From an uncultured virus (IMG/VR IMGVR_UViG_3300042887_005170) (Duplodnaviria > Heunggongvirae > Uroviricota > Caudoviricetes), in the IMG/VR virus record IMGVR_UViG_3300042887_005170: a stretch of DNA of 20,000 nt; one strand, 5' to 3'. Shown in pieces: positions 7,304 through 15,204 of this stretch (position 1 is the stretch's first letter; each line of letters starts with the position of its first letter). The position numbers and the translations under genes were made by a program. Below the pieces are notes generated by a model. That model saw nothing but the letters and a program-made list of their open reading frames with translations, was not told the DNA's origin and did no database searches.

Positions 7304-8434
7304 ATGAATAACTATAATAGATTTGGTTTAGGTGAACCCGTATATATGGCGGCGACTCCAGCCGACCAGGACCCCGCAGCAGCTTTCATGAAAGCGCTCT
7401 GCCAGTCTATAGAGGAGCAGACCAAGAAAGCTTGCGATCAAGTCGGTAATGTAGTGAATGACTCCGTAAAGGCGGGGCTTGGGCTTGTAAAAGACCTATT
7501 CGATGACAATGTCTGCGAAACTGATCAGGGCAGAGCCGGTAATGCGCTTAACAACTGTATCCAAAGAATTGTCGGGTCGCAGCTAGGCTACTTTGGCGCG
7601 GAAAGGGAGAACCTGACTTTTCGTACTTGTGAGGCGCTAGCCAAAGCAGACCCGAAAGTTGCGGGGCTTAACTGGTATTTTGCTTATTACTGCGTGCACG
7701 CAGTAGAACCTAACGGAATCGGTAATGCATATGAAACGTCTAGGAAGAAAAAGCAGGTTCGCGCCCTTAAGGACAGATGGTATAACTTCCCCGACAGCAG
7801 TAAAAATGAGGTTGGCCCCTGCGGGCTAAGAACGGCTATACGCAGTGCCCTAAAAACGGCTCTGCTGTTAGAAGAAACACTCACACGCATCCCCGACTTA
7901 GCAGATAGAAAACTTATTATGCTGGGCTGGCTCTTGCGCTGGATCCCGGGCAGATTTGATGTGAAAACAGGCGTCGGCACTCGCGGAGTCTGCCGCGGAC
8001 TCGACTTTCTAGTTAAAGAGGCCATTAAGTCCCCCAAGATGCAGGAGTTCCTTCTTGATCCCACGCTGTCCGCAGTTACCGCCGCGAGTGGAGGCGAACT
8101 TCAAGCCGGGGATACAAGTAAGCCGGCCGGCGCTGACACCACTAAACCGCCCCCATCAAGCGCCAGACCAACCCGGGTTGTCTCAAAGTCAGATCCTGCA
8201 TTAGCTAAGGCCCGACTTGAGGCCACTAAATCTGCCCTTCTGAAGGCTAAGTCTGATGCAGATCTCAAGAAAGCCCAGCTGGCCGCGGACCCAGCGGCTA
8301 TGGCGCAGCTAGCAGCAAGAAAAGCTGAGCTTTTGAAGGCGAAGACCGGGGAGGCGCCCAAAAAGGCAGGCGCCGGCGGTATCGCAGCATTAGCAGTGGC
8401 AGGGATCGGAGCATACTTAATGCTCAAAGGCTAG
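7304..8434 (+). CDS. Cys-rich helical protein with C-terminal membrane anchor (pair C, copy 1)
   Basis: GLVKDLFDDNVCE, LKDRWYNFP, EVGPCGLR and GVCRGLDFL are shared with the next gene. An Ala/Lys-rich stalk leads to GIAALAVAGIGAYLMLKG at the end. Confidence 0.88.
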   Translation: MNNYNRFGLGEPVYMAATPADQDPAAAFMKALCQSIEEQTKKACDQVGNVVNDSVKAGLGLVKDLFDDNVCETDQGRAGNALNNCIQRIVGSQLGYFGAERENLTFRTCEALAKADPKVAGLNWYFAYYCVHAVEPNGIGNAYETSRKKKQVRALKDRWYNFPDSSKNEVGPCGLRTAIRSALKTALLLEETLTRIPDLADRKLIMLGWLLRWIPGRFDVKTGVGTRGVCRGLDFLVKEAIKSPKMQEFLLDPTLSAVTAASGGELQAGDTSKPAGADTTKPPPSSARPTRVVSKSDPALAKARLEATKSALLKAKSDADLKKAQLAADPAAMAQLAARKAELLKAKTGEAPKKAGAGGIAALAVAGIGAYLMLKG

Positions 8435-8443
8435 GTGACCTTT

Positions 8444-9706
8444 ATGGATCGCTTCGGGCTAGACTCGCAGATTATAACCCTAAGACCCCTCCCCGGCCAC
8501 GCCACCATGGGCGCAAACACGGCTGAGACGCTCGAGGCAGGCGGGCGCGCGCTCGCTAAAGGAGCAATTAAGCCGGTGACCGACGCCATTGCAATAGGCG
8601 AGGCTATCATTAAAGAGGGCGAAGAGGCGCTAAAAAAAGCCAAGAAGGGCGATTTTGGGGGAGCAGCTGTCGATCTTGCGCGTAAGGCAGCGGCAGAGGC
8701 GGGCGACCCTGTCACGGCTTTTTTAGTTGGGGCCTACGCTAGCGCGTACGAGACAAAGAAAAAAATTGAGAAGCAGGTAGTAGATTTTCTCGATGACGTA
8801 CAGAAAGGGGCCGTGGGGCTTGTAAAGGACCTCTTCGACGAAAACGTCTGTGAGAATGGTCAAGATAAGGCAGGAAAGGCGTTAAACGCATGTCATAGTA
8901 GAATAAATAGCCTATTAGGGTATACCGGACTAAACGCAGAGATCTGCTCCTGTAGACTTGCCGAAGGCATAGCGTATGCAACCCTGCGAATGTCAGAGCG
9001 TAAATGGGTGTATGCTAGGTATGTTGAATATGGAAAAGTCCCCGCAGGTATTCTTAACGCCGCAGGAACAAAAGACAAAAAGCGGCGCGGTCTTAAAGAC
9101 AGATGGAAGAACTTCCCGAAAACAAGCCAAGGCGAGGTAGGGCCTTGCGGGCTCAGAAATGTTATCGGCCAAGCATTAAAGACATCAATAGATTTAGAGA
9201 AAACGCTAGAGGTATCCAAGAATGTCGATGACCGGCGGCTCATCTTCTTGGGGTTCCTGTGTAAGTGGCTCCCTGGAGGACGATTTGATGCTAAGACATG
9301 CAAGGCTACCCACGGCTGGTGCCTGGGCATGGATTTCCTAATAAGAGACGCCCTCAAAGCCCCCTCTTTGAGCGCTTATTTGAATAAAGTAGAGGCGTCA
9401 GGGCTGACCGGTATTTCTCAAGATACATCAAAAGAAGTAGCTGACGATAACATTAAGAAGCAGGAAGAAGCCGCTCGCAGAGCGGAAGAAGCCGACCGTA
9501 AGGCAAAGGCTGACGCGCAGATTGCCAAATTAAACAACACCAGACTAGCATCAGACCAGCAGCGGGCAGCAATAGACCAGCAGATAGCAGAATATAAGCA
9601 GAGAGCCGCTAAAAACCCGCAAACTAAAGCACAAAATAAAGCAGCAGCCGGTATAATAGCGCTTGCAGCCGCCGCAGCTGGTGTGTATCTTATGACTAAG
9701 TCTTAA
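8444..9706 (+). CDS. Cys-rich helical protein with C-terminal membrane anchor (pair C, copy 2)
   Basis: ATG 8444 has AGGTGA at 8433-8438 and MDRFGL matches NRFGL of the paralog (GTG 8435 is the alternative start). Coiled-coil stalk, ends GIIALAAAAAGVYLMTKS. Confidence 0.88.
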   Translation: MDRFGLDSQIITLRPLPGHATMGANTAETLEAGGRALAKGAIKPVTDAIAIGEAIIKEGEEALKKAKKGDFGGAAVDLARKAAAEAGDPVTAFLVGAYASAYETKKKIEKQVVDFLDDVQKGAVGLVKDLFDENVCENGQDKAGKALNACHSRINSLLGYTGLNAEICSCRLAEGIAYATLRMSERKWVYARYVEYGKVPAGILNAAGTKDKKRRGLKDRWKNFPKTSQGEVGPCGLRNVIGQALKTSIDLEKTLEVSKNVDDRRLIFLGFLCKWLPGGRFDAKTCKATHGWCLGMDFLIRDALKAPSLSAYLNKVEASGLTGISQDTSKEVADDNIKKQEEAARRAEEADRKAKADAQIAKLNNTRLASDQQRAAIDQQIAEYKQRAAKNPQTKAQNKAAAGIIALAAAAAGVYLMTKS

Positions 9707-9719
9707 AGGGAGACTTACT

Positions 9720-9939
9720 ATGGAGCCATCAACGGTAACACAGCCGACCGCAGAAACGCAGGTCGCCCCGACAGGGATGCCTGTATTTACAGCGGACATG
9801 ATCCCTCAGATTGCCCTCGCAATCGGCGCCGGCTTTGCCGGTAAACACTACTTCGGCGGAATCGGAGGGTCTCTTTTAGGTGTGGCGCTTTATAGCGTTT
9901 TTCTTAAACCACTAATCTTCTCAAAAGGACAGGAAAAAA

Positions 9940-9956
<17 letters not shown>
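9720..9956 (+). CDS. Small membrane protein (two hydrophobic Gly-rich segments)
   Basis: RBS GGGAG. IALAIGAGFAG and GGIGGSLLGVALYSVFL. Confidence 0.8.
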
Positions 9957-10260
<304 letters not shown>

Positions 10261-10317
10261 TCTTACGAATTTGAGCTAGCCACGGGGCTCGGCCCTCGTT
10301 CGGTTCACCGCCGGGCC

Positions 10318-10770
10318 GTGGCTTTAACGAGCCTCAGTATGCTACCCTTTAAGCCCAAGATGAGAAAAACGGCCGGAACAGTCTTAGTACTGAACGGCCG
10401 AATTCTTTTATGCAAGCCTACAAATGGTTTTGGTGGCTATGTCTGGACTTTCCCTAAAGGCGGAATGGACAGATTTGAGACTCCGGAGCAGACAGCCATG
10501 CGAGAGACGCTAGAGGAAAGCGGCTATCCCTGCCGCCTACTTAAGCGAATCCCAGGGTATTATCTCTCTGATAAGTCCGCGTGTATCTACTATATAGCCG
10601 TACCCGCAGATAAGCAGAGACTTTACGATAAGGCTGAGACTGAGGCTACCGCCTGGTTTACGCCGCAAGAAGCCAAGGTAGCTCTTTCTAAGTCGCCAAA
10701 TATAGCTGGCAGAGATAGAGATCTGCTAGTATTGAGAGAGGCCGGTAAACTCCTAGGCTTCACTCTCTGA
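10318..10770 (+). CDS. NUDIX hydrolase
   Basis: WTFPKGGMDRFETPEQTAMRETLEESGY fits the Nudix box GX5EX7REUXEEXGU. The start may instead be ATG 10339 or 10360. Confidence 0.93.
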   Translation: MALTSLSMLPFKPKMRKTAGTVLVLNGRILLCKPTNGFGGYVWTFPKGGMDRFETPEQTAMRETLEESGYPCRLLKRIPGYYLSDKSACIYYIAVPADKQRLYDKAETEATAWFTPQEAKVALSKSPNIAGRDRDLLVLREAGKLLGFTL

Positions 10771-10806
10771 GCCACTTTGCTAATTTTCTTAGTTCAGCTA
10801 TTTATT

Positions 10807-10938
10807 ATGATAGTGTTTTCTGTGCCTTTCTTCCCTCTTTTAGTGCTCTTTGTGATCTTTCACGAGCCATATAAGGGGCCGACAGAAGAACAAGTGAGAG
10901 CTCAACATGAAAAAATTAAACAAGAAAATAGGCGCTAA
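10807..10938 (+). CDS. Possible 43 aa single-TM peptide (below the ORF-track cutoff)
   Basis: MIVFSVPFFPLLVLFVIFHEPYKGPTEEQVRAQHEKIKQENRR. No clear RBS, and it overlaps the next gene by 32 nt. Confidence 0.3.
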   Translation: MIVFSVPFFPLLVLFVIFHEPYKGPTEEQVRAQHEKIKQENRR

Positions 10939-11155
10939 TGTAACTTTAGGTCTCCTTGGAGTCCTTCTCGTCGGCATAGAGATCGGCAAAAGCGCGCACT
11001 CAGGCGACGTAACAGGCGCTTACACTCTCGCAATTGCGGCTATTTCGGCCCTGGCGTCCGGTAATGTCGGGGACGTCCTAAACATGCTTGGGCCGATTAA
11101 GAGAGCTTTGTCTAAGAACAAAAGCTCGGACACAGACTCTAGCGGACCCGAATAA
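10907..11155 (+). CDS. Small two-TM protein, holin-like
   Basis: Basic N-terminus, two hydrophobic segments, charged tail, last gene of the + block. The holin function is inferred from architecture only. Confidence 0.6.
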   Translation: MKKLNKKIGANVTLGLLGVLLVGIEIGKSAHSGDVTGAYTLAIAAISALASGNVGDVLNMLGPIKRALSKNKSSDTDSSGPE

Positions 11156-13733
11156 CGGTGTTCTTGATTGAGCCGGCGATAGCGTCGGGGTCCCCAAGCT
11201 GATACTGGTCGATGGCCTCTACGATTTTCTGCGACTGAACGGGCCACATTTTGATAATCTCATTGTTGTAGCCGTTGTTAACCTCGATGGTGACCATGTC
11301 ATCATACGAAGAGAGCTGCTTTAGCGCGGCCAAGATACGTTGTTTACTCGCTACGCGAGCCTTGTCGCCGAGCGCGCTTTCCCACATTGAGACGACACCA
11401 CTCACGGTGGCGTAAACATTGTCATTTCCCATAGCAAAGCCCTTCGGGCAGCGCGGCGTTGCTGTAGCGCCGCCTAGAGAAGGGGACTGAGCCGTGGAAA
11501 TAGCGTATGCGATAACTTCAACTACAAGCCCTGCAACGCCGGAGGTAGTCTGAAGGTGTTTATAGAGGCTAGACTTCCAGCCGCGGACAAGGAATCTCTT
11601 ACCCCGCGTAACTTTTCTGTTTTGGGCGAGCCAAAGAACATGCTCAGCAATCTTGTCGTTGTCTACCCACGAGCGCGTCGCAGCGCGCCCTCCTAGATTC
11701 TCAAGATAGACTCGCGCCGCATCTGGGACCTGGATATATCCGATACGCTCCACGATAGCCTCGAAGTCCTCGTGGGAGAGATCTTCGTCAATCTTAAGCG
11801 CGTTGTTATTATTCGCCGTAACAAGAAGACGAAGGCAGCCACGCAGCGTAGCCGCCGGCGCATACATTCTTCTGAGGTTAAAGTCAGAGTTACCCACCAG
11901 GGTTCTGAAAACGGCAGAAGGCGTTTTTCCATAGCTAGACGAAGGTATCTCTTCGTCGGCCCAGACCAGAGGGCAGTTTGCAATTCCGTCATTATGCGTG
12001 CCGATGATGTTCTGGTACATCGTAGGCGCCGTACCCCACAGACGAGCAAGCCCGCTAGCTAGAAGTCCCTTACCCGTTCCGCCCGTGGACTTGAGATATA
12101 GTCCGCAGGTGGGGCTGTGCAGCTCGGTAAAAGTCGCAAGCCAGTCAAGAAGCTTATCCGCGTGGCTACCGCCCATAATCCTAAGCCAGGTATCAATATC
12201 TTGGTGAAAGGTCGCCTTTATGTCCCTTCGAATAGCAGCGACACCCTCATCTATGACTTTATTAGTGACATCAAATCGAATTCCACGACGACCGATCGTC
12301 GCAGTGATTCTGTTTACTTCCGTCCCATACCGCGAGAGCAGTTCGGAGGTCGGCATAATAGCGTTTGTCTTCCCATTTCTGATGGGCTTGGCAATCTGGG
12401 GGCAGTACTTCTCGAGCATGGCCGGAAGACCAGTGCCCTCGAACGGCCCCTGATAAAGCCCCGTCTTCTGGTTAAAGACGTAATAGGCCTTAGCGTTTGT
12501 GAATAATATACAGCGCTGTTTGAGCGGAATCTGGCTGATGTCATCGCCAAAGTCGTCAGGGGGCTCAACCCCGTTTTCTAAAAAATCGGCACCTGTCGAC
12601 TCCTCATTGCTGAAAGACTCGCCATTATATTCTACGATATCGCCGCTTATGGCCGCCCCAGAATTATTCTGGTTTCTCTGTTGGGAGTCCCGCCTAATAG
12701 CTAAAGCGTTAATGCGCTCGACCTGCTCTCTTTCTTCTCTCCGCTGAGAGATAACAATCGCGCAGATAGACTTGCAGGCCTCCCACAGAGTCTCAACAGT
12801 ATGCGGCCTACCACCGCTAGTCTTTTCGGCCGAGAGCATGGCAACGGAATATGCCAGCGCCTTATAGACAGCTTCAGGGGAGGGGTTTTCCAGTTTGTTG
12901 GACAGAACACCAACAGCCCGCATAATTGTTTTAAACCTGTTACCGGCATCAGCAATAGGCTGACCTTTTTTAAGCCGATTATAGATCTCCGTCTCGCCCT
13001 TGAGGAGCGCATAGTCGCTCGGATCAGGAGGAACCACGGCAGGCGCTCTGTCGGGCCAGGTCTCTGCAACACCAGGAAGAATTTTCTGCATTCTGCATTC
13101 GGCCAGGTGTTCGGGCCACCAGCTTAGCTCACCGTGCGAAAAGTCTGAAGGAAGGCTGATGTGTTTGCCCGCACCCTCCGGCGTAGCAAACGGAAGACGA
13201 AAAAGCCGAGTCCAGTCAGTGCAGCCCTCGTCAGCGTTTATTCCGTCTTGGGCAAGACGCTGAATGAGTTGCTGTGAGAGAGACTCAAAATACTTAACGT
13301 CGACAGGCTTAGGCAGCCGCCAGAAAAGACGGTAGCCGTGACGCGTGGCGTAGAACCCGGCATTGCGCGTTATTTCTGTAGCTCGGAGCTTATTGTATGT
13401 TTCTATAATTTCTTCCGTCGACTTCCACGGAGCGTGGTTGTCATTATCCACGTCTACAAAGACGTATTCAGCCACAATTTCCTGGTCGCTCTCGGCCAAA
13501 AACTGATAGCCGGTCTTGTTAACTCGGCAGCACTTGTCATCCCCTAGCACCCTGTACATCGCGATCATGGCATCGTACGGGTAGATCTTGGAGATGGCCT
13601 CTTCAAAGGGAATAAGAGGAAAAATCTTGGGTATACCGAAGACTTTAGGGTCTCCGTCCAGGCCTTTCGTCTTCATAGGGAGTACGAGTACTGGGGTCGC
13701 CATGCAGGTCCACCTTACCTTTTTTCTCTCCAC
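11139..13733 (-). CDS. AEP primase-polymerase / SF3 helicase fusion (NrS-1/DUF5906-like helicase)
   Basis: N-terminal FVDVD, YATRHGYRLFW and DWTRLFRLPF. PriCT-like GNRFKTIMRAVGVL. Walker A GGTGKG, Walker B LVWADE, motif C LLVTANN. The start may be ATG 13703. Confidence 0.88.
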   Translation of the reverse strand: MERKKVRWTCMATPVLVLPMKTKGLDGDPKVFGIPKIFPLIPFEEAISKIYPYDAMIAMYRVLGDDKCCRVNKTGYQFLAESDQEIVAEYVFVDVDNDNHAPWKSTEEIIETYNKLRATEITRNAGFYATRHGYRLFWRLPKPVDVKYFESLSQQLIQRLAQDGINADEGCTDWTRLFRLPFATPEGAGKHISLPSDFSHGELSWWPEHLAECRMQKILPGVAETWPDRAPAVVPPDPSDYALLKGETEIYNRLKKGQPIADAGNRFKTIMRAVGVLSNKLENPSPEAVYKALAYSVAMLSAEKTSGGRPHTVETLWEACKSICAIVISQRREEREQVERINALAIRRDSQQRNQNNSGAAISGDIVEYNGESFSNEESTGADFLENGVEPPDDFGDDISQIPLKQRCILFTNAKAYYVFNQKTGLYQGPFEGTGLPAMLEKYCPQIAKPIRNGKTNAIMPTSELLSRYGTEVNRITATIGRRGIRFDVTNKVIDEGVAAIRRDIKATFHQDIDTWLRIMGGSHADKLLDWLATFTELHSPTCGLYLKSTGGTGKGLLASGLARLWGTAPTMYQNIIGTHNDGIANCPLVWADEEIPSSSYGKTPSAVFRTLVGNSDFNLRRMYAPAATLRGCLRLLVTANNNNALKIDEDLSHEDFEAIVERIGYIQVPDAARVYLENLGGRAATRSWVDNDKIAEHVLWLAQNRKVTRGKRFLVRGWKSSLYKHLQTTSGVAGLVVEVIAYAISTAQSPSLGGATATPRCPKGFAMGNDNVYATVSGVVSMWESALGDKARVASKQRILAALKQLSSYDDMVTIEVNNGYNNEIIKMWPVQSQKIVEAIDQYQLGDPDAIAGSIKNTVIRVR

Positions 13734-13771
13734 TTAGGTGTCTGGGAGAGGCGTGTTACAGAGGGCTGGCC

Positions 13772-13800
13772 AGCATAGACGCGACCTAACCTATGGTCAA
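13772..13800 (-). promoter_or_regulatory. Sigma70-type promoter for the primase-helicase
   Basis: Minus strand TTGACC (13800-13795), 17 nt spacer, TATGCT (13777-13772), in an intergenic gap. Confidence 0.7.
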
Positions 13801-13837
13801 GCGTTTTTCATGCCCCCTTCTCCTCTCAACCACGCTC

Positions 13838-14323
13838 TTAGCCGCTAGCTTTTGGGCCCAGAGTGTGAACAATATTTTTATTATAGGAGTTATAATAATC
13901 TAGGTTTATCTCTTTAGGCTCGCTGTTTTTTCCGTCAGGATATCTGATCTGAGCCACGCGTTTACCCGGGTGGTCTATGCTCACTACCGAAACAGCAGGC
14001 GCCGCCTCTACGATACCTACGGGCAGATTATCAAGGTACAAAAACCCAGGTCCCGCGGAAGAGTTTATTTTTGCAACGACCTTGTTAGATTGGACAGAGA
14101 GGTTAGCCGATGCCGCGGGCTCTATCTTAGGTGTAGCACTTTCTGAAGCCTTCTGCCCGGCGACAAAGCCGCTAAACCAACCCACTAGTTTACCCACATA
14201 GTAAGTGCCGACACAAAGACCTAGAACAATGAGCTTAGGCTTAAGATCGCCAAATTTTTCTGTAAAAAACCCGTTATGTCTACGGCGCTTAATACGATAC
14301 GTTTTTTTAGGCTGATATAGCAT
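13838..14323 (-). CDS. Membrane-anchored protein with PEGA-like beta domain
   Basis: Basic N-terminus, TM LIVLGLCVGTYYVGKLVGWF, then INSSAGPGFLYLDNLPVG...PGKRVAQIRYPDG resembling the PEGA pattern. ATG 14323 avoids overlap with the upstream gene. Confidence 0.65.
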   Translation of the reverse strand: MLYQPKKTYRIKRRRHNGFFTEKFGDLKPKLIVLGLCVGTYYVGKLVGWFSGFVAGQKASESATPKIEPAASANLSVQSNKVVAKINSSAGPGFLYLDNLPVGIVEAAPAVSVVSIDHPGKRVAQIRYPDGKNSEPKEINLDYYNSYNKNIVHTLGPKASG

Positions 14324-14331
14324 GTTTACTC

Positions 14332-14736
14332 TTATATCTTTGTAAGTGCTTTGAGTAATCCGCCTAGCGAGCCCACTATAAGATTGCAAGCAATCTCGGA
14401 TACAACAACAAGCCTCTGCTTTCTGGCAGCCTCAGCTTTCTGGAGCAAAACGAGAGCATCACTCTCTGTCTTGAGGTCAGCGAAAGATAGGTCCGCCGGC
14501 TTTCCTTGAAGGAGCTTCTCTATCTCCTTTCTCGCAGCCTCAACGCCTTTTAGACCATTTTTAATGGACCCGGCGCTTAGGAGAGAAAGTATAACGCGCT
14601 CCTCTGGAGAATTATTTTCTTTTGTTAGGCCGTAAAGCCTATCCGCCATCTCTTCTAGCGCGTTAGAGATAGCAGCGGCTGACCTATCGCCCATTTCTGG
14701 GTGTTTTTTAAGCAGCGCTTCTTTGAATATACTCAT
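14332..14736 (-). CDS. Hypothetical helical protein with amphipathic/hydrophobic C-terminus
   Basis: 134 aa. TAATG stop/start overlap with the upstream lipoprotein gene. Confidence 0.8.
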   Translation of the reverse strand: MSIFKEALLKKHPEMGDRSAAAISNALEEMADRLYGLTKENNSPEERVILSLLSAGSIKNGLKGVEAARKEIEKLLQGKPADLSFADLKTESDALVLLQKAEAARKQRLVVVSEIACNLIVGSLGGLLKALTKI

Positions 14737-15074
14737 TAGTTACCGCCGCATTTTAGGGTTAGGTTCTCGACTTCTTTCGGTGGGCTTTTCTTAATGTCAG
14801 CCAGAAACAGCATCATGCTTGTGTGATATGGCATCCTCTGCGCCATGACGGCGCGAACTTCGTCGGCCTCAGCGCAGACAGGGTCTGACCACTCTCCGTT
14901 TAGACATATACAAAATTTATCTATCATATTTGATATAACACTAGCGCTCTCTAAAGAGGCTCTTTCCATGAGTTTAACCTCAGCGTCGTAGGTGTTTTTT
15001 TCTCGCCTCACGTAGTCTTTACAGCCAGTGAATACGAGGATTAGTGCCACTAAGGCAGGCATAAGCTTGGACAT
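14736..15074 (-). CDS. Lipoprotein
   Basis: Signal peptide MSKLMPALVALILVFTG-C with a lipobox and four further Cys. Start is 15074, 15062 or 15089. Confidence 0.8.
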   Translation of the reverse strand: MSKLMPALVALILVFTGCKDYVRREKNTYDAEVKLMERASLESASVISNMIDKFCICLNGEWSDPVCAEADEVRAVMAQRMPYHTSMMLFLADIKKSPPKEVENLTLKCGGN

Positions 15075-15118
15075 CTGTAACCTTGACAAAATAGTTGAAC
15101 AATCGGAGCCACTTTAGC

Positions 15119-15146
15119 TTGACTCCCCACTGTCTTCTGTTAGACT
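15119..15146 (+). promoter_or_regulatory. Sigma70-type promoter with extended -10 for the replication operon
   Basis: TTGACT (15119-15124), 16 nt spacer, TAGACT (15141-15146), with TG at 15138-15139. Confidence 0.65.
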
Positions 15147-15204
15147 TCCTCTTCTCTCATCGGGCGGCGGCACCACCCCTTCCGAACATACATATAGGAC
15201 ACTA

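Noticed and set aside
10286..10333. HDV-like (theta) ribozyme
   Set aside because: The nested topology is reminiscent, but the L3 loop and J4/2 strand do not fit the consensus and there is no adjacent tRNA. Kept only as a generic structured element.
15083..15088. Perfect TTGACA -35 box
   Set aside because: There is no -10 element at 16-18 nt spacing. The promoter at 15119-15146 fits better.
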